64,000 nt of DNA, taken from contig NW_021833026.1 in the NCBI RefSeq assembly GCF_006345805.1, forward strand, positions 682,001-746,000, written 5' to 3'. Of the stretch, positions 52,116 to 61,897 are shown piece after piece. How positions within the stretch are numbered: position 1 is the stretch's first letter; every line of letters starts with the position of its first letter. The stretch comes from Octopus sinensis (Eukaryota). The translations under genes were made by a program, and so were the position numbers. Below the pieces are notes generated by a model. The model did not search any database, was not told the origin of the DNA, and was given only the letters and a program-made list of their open reading frames with translations.

Positions 52116-52725
52116 TTATGGCAGACTAGCTCTGAGGAAAATTTATCATATTAAATAAATTTTCAAAAAACAATTTACACTGCAAAAAATCATATTTCAG
52201 TAAATGGTATGGACATAAAAGTTTGGCCACCTTTCTTGGCAAGTCACGGTCACTTCACGGTCACATTTCCGTTGTACTTTTTTGTTTTGGAAAAAAATTG
52301 AATAAGAACGATTCACTGTCAACTCAGTTATTTTTATTGAGTTTGTATAAAAATCTACGACAAAATGTTATTTACCGAGGAATGATGATAGGTGGACTGA
52401 ATAATTCTTAGAATAATGAAAGACAGACGCGCACTCAGTCCACTTAGTAATGAGAATTTAGTAAAGATCAGAAATAGTCCGGTTGGTCACCATAAAATGT
52501 CAGAGTGATGCACGGATATCGTCATTTCTTGATAATATCCAATTTATAGATTTGAAATAATTATTCAATAAAAGCTCAGAGTTTAGATAAAATCATATTG
52601 CAGAATCAAATAGTGGTGGATATCTCATCATTGTATTAATTTAAAAAATAGTAAAAGAAAATAAAAAAACGCGGTTTATATTTCAAATACAATTAGACTA
52701 TTCTTGAAAATAAATTGCTCTAGAA

Positions 52726-54086
52726 CAGGGGTGTCAAACTCATTTCGCTTTGAGGGCCGCATTTATAATAATTTCTCATTAAAAGAAGATTAGTTCTGAT
52801 ATTTATTATGATGAATAACAAAAATAAGAGAAACTAAATTATTCAATTATCGCCCTTTAATTTTTGTAAGAGCTGCTTCCAGAGGATTGACATCTTTTTT
52901 TAGATACAATTTTTGATATGTCAGGCTGAGCTATTCGTGTAGTTCCGACTTTTATTAAAGAGGATAAATGTTCATCAGTTAGTCTTGTTCTTTGAGCAGT
53001 TTTTGTCATTTTCATAAATGAAAAAGCTGTTCACACACATATGTCGAACCAAACATAACAATGATTTTTGTTGCAAACTTTTTAAAGTTGTTAAACTTTC
53101 CAGGAAGATATGAAAAGAAAGCAGGTATTCCAACCTCCAAATATTTAGCTTTAAATATAGAATCTGATTGGATTTCCAATAGTTCCATTTGTAAACTTTC
53201 ATTTGCATTAGAGACATTAAAAGAGAATGGTGATGCGAATAATGAAAATTGTTGTTCAAAAGACGAAAAATCATTAAATCTTTCTTGAAATTCATTTAAC
53301 AACGATTCTAATTGTCTTTAATACTGAGAAAAATTCATTACATTATGTGCATCAACAGTACCCCTGAGCTCTTTGCACGTAGGAAAATGAGATAAATCTT
53401 CATTTAATAGCTGAAACTTCCATAATTTTATTTTCAAAATAAAACACTTGATATGATCTGACAACTGAGTTATGAGCTTGTCTTTACCCTGCAATTCTAA
53501 ATTAAGGTCGTTCATATGTGTGGTAATATTCACTGCAAATGCCAAATCTTTGTTTCAAGATTGACTTTTCATTCCGTCTGTGTTTTGCCCTTTCATCTCC
53601 ATAAATAAAATTATTTCCGATCTCAACAAATAAAATCTTTTAACAACTTTGTGAAGTGATAACCAGCGGACTGGAGTATAAAAAAGAATGTCGCTGAACT
53701 GATTATTCATATCTGTCAGCAGTTTACTAAACTGCCGGTGGTTGAGGGGATGACCTCTGATATAGTTTACTGACTAATGCAGTACTTCGATTATGATTTT
53801 GTGTGAAATGAGTTTGTAACGCAGATAATTTTTTTCGCAATTCATTTAGCTTTGAAACACGCATTGGACCTTCTTGGTTAATAAACAACTTAATACCTTC
53901 GAAATAATTGTATGATAGATCATTAGATTGATAATGGGTCTTTAGGTTGTATTCTTTAAAAATACAATTAAAATTTTTAATTAAATGTAAAAAAATAAAA
54001 AATAATTTTTGCATTTTATAACCATTAAATCAGACCGCACTTATGTTTGGCAAAATACGCTGAGGGCCGCATGTTTGACACCCCTG
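52726..54086 (-). mobile_element. Complete internally deleted hAT (GTF2IRD2/EPM2AIP1-like, Buster type), 1361 bp
   Basis: TIRs CAGGGGTGTCAAAC / GTTTGACACCCCTG and perfect TSD CTCTAGAA. Fragments KEYNLKTHY, HMNDLNLELQGKD, FGSTYVCEQLF. Confidence 0.95.
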
Positions 54087-54466
54087 CTCTAGAACATATT
54101 GAGTAAAAAAATATTTGGTGTTAATTAGACTATCATTTTAATAATCTTTCAATAAAAATCGTAATCGTAAATAGCCCTGCCGCAAGATATAAACAACATG
54201 TTGACATATTTTCCATCTCGCCCAGGCTGGTCACACTTTTTTTATAGAAAGATCAAGACAAAAAGAGAACATGTTACCAAGGAACTAACTAATCCAAACG
54301 AAGTCATGTGTCTCTTCGGCTCCGTCTTGTTCCCCCCTTTTTGTTGTGTAGTCGATGAAGACATCCGGAATCTTTCAATAAGCCGATCAAATTAAACATT
54401 TTGAATTTTAAAATCGTCAGTACAGTGGGTCAAATTAGTTTTGGGAGACGTTTATTTTTAATAATA

Positions 54467-55213
54467 CAGTAAAACCTCTCGAATCAACAAATTGACTACA
54501 AGATATTGGATCGTCAATTTGAAATTTCTTAATTATTTCTTCATAATTATTTTCGTAGTTCTTAGATTCACTGTTGATTGTGATTGTTTCACATTTTATC
54601 CATTGTGCATAACGGAAACAATTTTTGATGGTCGTAGGAGTAACTTTATTCCAAGCGAAGAATGTTATTGTCGCAGCAGTTTTAAGGGTGATTGCATTAA
54701 TTGCATTTTGACAATTTTCCCCTGCCGCAACCTTTTCGATTATATCATTTGTTTTCAAATTGGTAAATTCGGCTTTAAAACATTTTATAATTCCTTGATC
54801 CATTGGTTGCAAGAGCGAGGAAGTTCTAGGAGACAAAAAAAGAATTTCAATTGAGTTTAACGTGACAAAGAATCGCCTTGTAAAAAACACCAGTTTCATC
54901 TGCATTATAAACATTTTCCAATCCATATTGTTCAATTTTAAATTGATTGTTTCATTAAAATCAGCAATAGATTTTTCATCATGATTTACTGATCCACTGT
55001 CTCCGTGAAATTTTCTTAACTTGATACCATTTCGTAATTTAAACTTTTTTAGCCACCCATGACTTGCTTTAAATTCTGGAAAATTTTTTCCAAATTTAAG
55101 AGCTTTTGCAATTAACATCGAATCTGATAGAATTGCTGCACTAGATTCCATTAAGTTAATCCATGTTATCATCGCTACATCAATTTCATTAAATTTGAGT
55201 TTTGGAATTTTCT
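54467..55213 (-). mobile_element. Older Tigger/pogo transposase remnant, interrupted at TA 55214-55215
   Basis: CENP-B HTH FKASHGWLKKFKLRNGI; LQPMDQGIIK; TIR TA-CAGTAAAACCTCTCGAATCAACA at 54467. Confidence 0.85.
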
Positions 55214-55215
55214 TT

Positions 55216-56915
55216 ACAGTCCGACCCCAAAATGGGGCAGACCCCAGGGGTGGGGCACCCCCGCAATTTGGGGCACTTTATTCCAAAAGTACATTTTGGC
55301 AGAAAAAAAATAAAAATCGATAAAAAATTATGGAATTTTTGGGGCACCATAAAATCATTTATAAGGAATTAAAATAAAATAAAATTATAATAAATTAATT
55401 ATTTTTGTTTTATTTTCAATTTATATTTTTATTGTTGTGGTTATGGATTACGAAACTAAATTGAAGATTGCTAAAGAAATTTTGAAGAAAAATTTATCTG
55501 AGAGGCAACTAATGAAAAAGTACAACACAAGTAAAGGAACAATATCAAGAATAAAACGAAATATTGTACCTTTCTTGCAACACGGCAATACTATTTCTGA
55601 GGAATATGACACATTTAAAGCCGATAAAGATAAATTTGATGATCAAGTCTTTGAAATATTTCAAAGACTACGCGTAGATAAAATTCCGATTTCAGGCCCT
55701 ATTTTGAAAAAAATTGCCTTAGTTACAGCTTCAAAAATTGGATTTACTTCTTTTAAAGCTTCCAATGGGTGGCTTGATAGATTTAAATTGCGGCATGAAC
55801 TTCAATTCAAGTCAATATGCGGTGAAAAAGCTTCATGTGATTTATCTTATGTGAAAAATTATTTTGAAAAATATGACCAGAAAGTATTAAATATGGACCT
55901 GAGAATATATTTAATTGTGATGAAACTGCGCTTTTTATAAAAAGAACTCCTCAAAAATCATTTGTTGAACAAGGCGAACCGTGTTTTGGTTTTTAAACAA
56001 GGGAAAGAAAGACTCACTGTTCTTCTATGCTGCAGTTTAATCGGGGAAAAACTTAATCCATTGATTATTGGAAAATATAAAAAACCTCGGTGTCTAAAAA
56101 ATTTTGATGTTCAAGATTTTGGGTTATTGTATTCATCTTCTCAAAATGCATGGATGACTGGAAAGACTTTTATGAGTTGGCTTACACTTATAAATGAATC
56201 GTTTTGCAAAAACAACAGAAAAATATTATTAATACTTGACAATGCGGGATGCCATAAAACTGCCGAATGTTCGAACATCGAATTTTTATTTTTGCCGAAA
56301 AATACAACGCCCTATTTACAACCTTTGGATATGGGAATAATCAAGATTTTTAAAGATTATTATTCCTCTTTCTTAATGGAATTTTTATGTTTTCAAGATT
56401 TCGAAAACGATTTTACACATTCTATTGGTAAATTAAATTTGCGTCTTATGATGCTAATTTCAAAAGGATGGGAGAAAATAGATGCTAAAAGTATTGTTAA
56501 TTGTTGGAAGAAAATCGACAGGAACCGTGATTCTTATGCAACAAAAAACTGTCTAACAGATGAACATTTAGATCAAGTTGTTAACGAAACAATTGATGGA
56601 GAATGCGAAGACATGAACAATAATGTTTATGATACATATTCAGAAACCGAAAATAGTGAAAATGTCGTAGCAAAAACAAAAGATCTGCTTAACAATTTAG
56701 AAGAAAAAATTTCTAATGTTGCACCAAGTATGCTCCGAGATTTTTTTGATTTTCGGCTGAAATTGACGAACAATATCAGACAAAACTCTACAAATAAAAA
56801 GAAAATAACTGAATATTTTAGTAAAAATGTTTTTTTGATGTTATTAATGGTTTAATTTTTAAAAAAATAACAACCCCCTGTTTTTTGGGCACCCCCGCAT
56901 TTTTGGGGCCAAAAA
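55216..56915 (+). mobile_element. Tigger/pogo transposon with a near-intact transposase and no right TIR
   Basis: TA-CAGTCCGACCCCAAAATGGGG left end; FKASNGWLDRFKLRH; NCDET; KERLTVLLC; ILDNAGCH; LQPLDMGII. Two compensating homopolymer indels at about 55888 and 55995. Confidence 0.92.
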
Positions 56916-56929
56916 ACCTCGACTTACCT

Positions 56930-57612
56930 GTCGACATATGATGGCTCGAAAATATTGGTGTCAGTCGATGTTTAATATGGCCTGGGAATTTGTGATTTTT
57001 TCGGACGAATGTCGAATTCAGCTCTTCAATTCAAGAGAATATATCAAAGACCACCTTCAATGAGATAATAGAAAAAATACACTTCAGAAACCGTCAAATT
57101 TGCCCCTAGCATAATGGTATGGGGAGCGATACGATTTGATGGCAAAAGAAGTTTAATATTATGCAATGAAAAACTAAATTCTGCACGTTATCAATCTATT
57201 ATATCTGAAGGACTAAATGATTTATATACATCAAATTACAAATTTCAACAAGATGGGGCAACTTGCCACACATCCAGATCTACAAGAGATTTTTTAAATA
57301 ACAGTGGCATTACTATAGTAGAGAATTGGCCAAGTCAATCACCGGATCTCAATATAATTGAGCATGTTTGGTGTTTGCTAAAGTCAAAAATACGATTAAA
57401 GGTCCCTGAAACAGTACAGGACTTATGGAAAAGTACGAAAGAGGAATGGGAGGCAATTGATGACAGTTTTATAAGGGAATTATATAATTCGATGCCCAGA
57501 AGAATATATTCAGTCTATAATTGTAAAGGAAGTTTGACGAAATACTAATCTTTGTTTTTTTGATTTAAAGTTAGTAAATAAATAAAGTGGCCTCTTTTCA
57601 TTGCATGACCTA
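56930..57612 (+). mobile_element. Tc1 transposase, 3' portion
   Basis: VIFSDE; MVWGAI; FQQDGATCHTS; WPSQSPDLNIIEHVW; ends KGSLTKY*. Confidence 0.9.
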
Positions 57613-57652
57613 GAAATGGTCAAATTTAATAAATTAAATAAAATTGGCATTA

Positions 57653-58362
57653 TAGTCCGACCCCAAAATGGGGTCAGATACCCAGGGGGAGGGCAACCCT
57701 CGATTTTGGGAACATTCACCCCCGCAATTTGGGACTTTATTCCAAAAGTACATTTTGGCAGAAAAAAAAATAACCATCGATAAAAAATTATGGAATTTTT
57801 GGGGCAAACCATAAAATCATTATAAGGATTAAAAATAAAATAAATTATAATAACATTAATTATTTTTTGTTTTATTTTCAATTTATATTTTTTATTTTGT
57901 GGTTATGGATTACGAAACTAAATTGAAGATTGCTAAAGAAATTTTGAAGAAAAATTTATTGAGAGGCAACTAATGAAAAAGTAACAACACAAGTAAAGGA
58001 ACAATATCAAGAATAAAACGAATATGTACCTTTCTGCAACAACGGCAATACTATTCTGAGGAATATGACACATTTTAAAGCCGATAAAGATAAATTTGAT
58101 GATCAAGTCTTTGAAATATTTCAAAGACTACGCGTAGATAAAATTCGATTTTCAGGCAGGCCTATTTTGGAAAAAATTGCCTTAGTTACAGCTTTCAAAA
58201 TTGGATTTACTTCTTTTAAAGCTTCCAATGGGTGGCTTGATAGATTTAAATTGCGGCATGAACTTCAATTCAAGTCAATATGCGTGAAAAGTTCATGTGA
58301 TTTATCTATGTGACAAATTAATTTTTTGAAAAATATGACTCCAAAAGTATTAAAATATGGAC
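57653..58362 (+). mobile_element. Indel-rich second copy of the Tigger 5' end (matches 55216-55896)
   Basis: Colinear near-identity with 55216-55896, with many single-base indels. It stops abruptly at ATGGAC 58357-58362. Confidence 0.93.
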
Positions 58363-58896
58363 GATTGCAGTTCTAAGAGACACAACCTCATCATCTCTTC
58401 TGGCATTCCGTGGAAATCCTCATTTACTGTGTCCTCACCGTCAACCAATTCAACCAAAGTACACACCGAACCCTTCAATCCATTTCCACAGGCCTGGAAT
58501 CATCAAGTCCAGTTACCCATTTATACACCAAATCGCCCCATTCTCTGGCCTTTATCCAGAAAATGTAACAGGAAGTGCAGGACGAGTCCTTCCATTGTGC
58601 CCTCCCTGTCTTGACAAGATGTTGGAATATAGTGGATATGCTTTCGGTGGTCAACTGGCCTATTTGTGCTAATATGTGACTACGCTGAATTTTCTGGTTA
58701 GAAAAAAGTGCCCGGGCTTGGCTTATGGTGAGGAAGTAGAGGGAGTGGCATCTGCAATATGCCAATATGATCTGCTCCCAGGACTCCAACTGTCTGTTCC
58801 TCACGTCGATATTCCTTTGTATTCTGAGTTAAGTTGATTTTATGTTAAATACGTAAACATTGGAGGAAAGTCATAAATTTCAGGGAATGAAAACAT
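58357..58896 (-). CDS. VPS25: ESCRT-II subunit VPS25, 3'-truncated in this sequence
   Basis: MFSFPEIYDFPPMFT|IQRNIDVRNRQLESW; IQR|QLTTESI; FWIKAREWGDLVYKW|..CTLVELVDGEDT..FHGM. No stop codon is reached before the Tigger junction. Confidence 0.9.
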
Positions 58897-58959
58897 ACAA
58901 CAACTAGATTAAAAAAAATATATTTTAATTAGAAAAAATATTTTTTTATTATTTTTTTC

Positions 58960-59400
58960 TGGTCATCCTCCCAGAAAGCCCACCATCAAAATCATGGACT
59001 CTCCGATAATATTCCAGATGGCGATTTTCCGCTAACAAACTTTTAGCCATACCACTTTCAAGTCAATTTGGCAACTGTTCCGACATACGAACAAGCAGAT
59101 CTTAGTCCATGAAAGATGTCGTTAATGGCTGGAACTATAGATCCTCGGCATTTTATGCGGATAGTTCTCCCTTTTTTATTTATTTATTTAAAGACCAAAC
59201 ACGGGTAAGCCAGTTAATTATTATAATCCCCTTGGTCCCCGATTCAAGCGAGGGAGATCCTACTGAAAGGTTCGATCCTGCCCACATGAACGACCTGAGA
59301 CGACGATGTCCCAGGGTCAGAGATCTAGAAGTCCTTTTTCAATTAGGCCTTGAAGTCTGAGACCAAAACCTTGTCGGGAATTAAAGAAAACAGAGGTATA
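58960..59400. other. Unresolved coding-like GC-richer segment
   Basis: Minus frame 59171-59079 reads GRTIRIKCRGSIVPAINDIFHGLRSACSYVG (GMP-reductase-like C-terminal motif). A plus-strand spliced reading is also possible. Confidence 0.3.
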
Positions 59401-59434
59401 TTTTCATTTTATGTGTATTTTTCAGATGTCATAA

Positions 59435-61324
59435 TCTTAATAATAAAATGGTATGGTGTGTGTCTGTCTGTCTGTCTGTGTGTCTGTCTGTCTGTCTGTG
59501 CACACCCACATTCAAATAAAAATGAGAGAACAAGAATCCGAACTAATTAAGAAGATCATTGTCTCCAGAAAACCCTTTCCATTGAAGATCCAACAGGGAA
59601 TGTGCACAAGTCTGAGTCGTCGCCGTTATGTTCGGAAAGGGGAGTAGAACCGACTCCGTTACAACAGACATATGCATACATCTGAAGGAAATCCTTAGAT
59701 TAGGTGATTCTGGTGGCCAACGCATCACACTAATAGAAACCAACGAGCGCAACCGCGTGTAATTAAGAAGATCCAAACACACTAATAGAAACCAACGAGC
59801 GCAACCGCGTGATTGAAACTATTGTTGTTACAAACCAGATCAAATTGTCAAAACCTTCCCTTTTGTAGTTATTCGATAATGAGGCACAATAAAAGGTTGA
59901 TATCCTCTAAGAACCTTCCTGTCAAAAAATTTAATAAGAAAGAATATCCTCGATGATGAGGTCCCCCAAAACCTTCAAGTCAATTTTCTGCGTTTTTGTT
60001 AAAATGAACAACAAGAAAGTCCTCGACTCACATGATGTGGTCCCCCAAAACCTTCAAGCCAAAAAATTAAAAAAATTATTTTCTGCGTTTTTGTTAAAAT
60101 GAACAACAAGAAAGTCCTCGACTCACATGATGTGGTCCCCCAAAACCTTCAAGCCAAAAAATAAAAAAAATTATTATTTTCTGCGTTTTTGTTAAAATGA
60201 ACAACAAGAAAGTCCTCGACTCACATGATGTGGTCCCCCAAAACCTTCAAGCCAAAAAATAAAAAAAAAATTATTTTCTGCGTTTTTGTTAAAATGAACA
60301 ACAAGAAAGTCCTCGACTCACATGATGTGGTCCCCCAAAACCTTCAAGCCAAAAAATTAAAAAAAATTATTTTCTGCGTTTTTGTTAAAATGAACAACAA
60401 GAAAGTCCTCGACTCACATGATGTGGTCCCCCAAAACCTTCAAGCCAAAAAATTAAAAAAAATTATTTTCTGCGTTTTTGTTAAAATGAACAAGAAGAAA
60501 GTCCTCGACTCACATGATGTGGTCCCCCAAAACCTTCAAGCCAAAAATTAAAAAAAATTATTTTCTGCGTTTTTGTTAAAATGAACAACAAGAAAGTCCT
60601 CGACTCACATGATGTGGTCCCCCAAAACCTTCAAGCCAAAAAATTAAAAAAAATTTTCTGCGTTTTGTTAAAATGAACAACAAGAAAGTCCTCGACTCAC
60701 ATGATGTGTCCCCCAAAACCTTCAAGCCAAAAATTAAAAAAAATTATTTTCTGCGTTTTTGTTAAAATGAACAACAAGAAAGTCCTCGACTCACATGATG
60801 TGGTCCCCCAAAACCTTCAAGCCAAAAATTAAAAAAATTATTTTCTGCGTTTTTGTTAAAATAAACAACAAGAAAGTCCTCGACTCACATGATGTGGTCC
60901 CCCAAAACTTCAAGCCAAAAAATAAAAAAAATTATTTTCTGCGTTTTTGTTAAATGAACACACAAGAAAGTCCTCGACTCACATGATGTGGTCCCCCAAA
61001 ACCTTCAAGCCAAAAAATTAAAAAAAATTATTTTCTGCGTTTTTGTTAAAATGAACAACAAGAAAGTCCTCGACTCACATGATGTGGTCCCCAAAACCTT
61101 CAAGCCAAAAAATTAAAAAAAATTATTTTCTGCTTTTATGTTAAATGAACAACAAGAAAGTCCTCGACTCACATGATGTGGTCCCCCAAAACCTTCAAGC
61201 CCAAAAATTAAAAAAAATATTTTCTGCGTTTTTGTTAAAATGAACGACAAGAAAGTCCTCGACTCACATGATGAGGTCCTCCACAACCTTCAAGCCTCGT
61301 GAGGCCATTAAATAGCTTAGCTAT
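59435..61324 (+). mobile_element. Non-autonomous Helitron-like element carrying a 96-bp satellite array
   Basis: A|TCTTAATAATAAAATGGTATGG 5' end, (GTCT)n microsatellite, internal tandem array, and a 3' hairpin GCCTC-GT-GAGGC at 61294-61305 followed by CTTAG/CTAT. The terminus is not a perfect CTAG. Confidence 0.6.
59985..61297. repeat. 96-bp satellite array 1 (14 units plus degenerate leading units)
   Basis: Unit TTATTTTCTGCGTTTTTGTTAAAATGAACAACAAGAAAGTCCTCGACTCACATGATGTGGTCCCCCAAAACCTTCAAGCCAAAAAATTAAAAAAAA, counted by eye. Most variation is homopolymer length. Confidence 0.97.
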
Positions 61325-61786
61325 CTTTTTTCGATGACTAAATTCTTTTTTGTTAAATTTTCGTTAAAAAAATAAAAAAGCTCTAATTGTTATCGACCAT
61401 GAATCTGTGCAATTATCATTTTTGAAAACCACTAAAAAGGAAAAAGCAAAAATTAGAGATTTACATAATTGATTCTTTTTACTGCCGAAACTGACAAATT
61501 CGATTATGCTACTGTTTAGATTCTTAAAAGATAGAGGCAAATAAAATTTAAATTAGTCATGTAAATTTCAATTTGCCTATATTTAAATCTCCTTGATTTA
61601 ACAGGCTTTATTTTTTTCCTTATAATACTACAAAGATGAAGCTGATTATCATTTTCTTTACCGAAACAGACAAGTTCGATTATGCTAAAGTTTCAATTCC
61701 TTTAAACATAGAGGCAATTAAGTATAATGCTTTTGTTGGATAATAACACTTTACATAAATTTCACTAAATAAATTTACGTAGAAAA

Positions 61787-61897
61787 TCTTAATAATAAAA
61801 TGGTATGGTGTGTGTTCTGTCTGTCTGTCTTTGTGTCTGTCTGTCTGTCTGTCTGTCTGTGCACACCCACATTCAAATTGTTACCAACCAGAATCAA
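61787..61897 (+). mobile_element. Second Helitron-like head
   Basis: Repeats the 59435-59517 head (TCTTAATAATAAAATGGTATGG, (GTCT)n, GCACACCCACATTCAAAT) 2352 bp downstream and leads directly into the satellite. Confidence 0.75.

Noticed and set aside
26075-58896. ESCRT gene cluster (CHMP1 and VPS25)
   Set aside because: The genes are more than 31 kb apart with many unrelated genes between them, and the join near VPS25 may be chimeric.
156-59782. Many short ORFs in the supplied track (e.g. 1514-1705, 5729-5962, 13246-13524, 41077-41475, 54492-54854)
   Set aside because: These are antisense or off-frame shadows of the genes and transposons annotated above.
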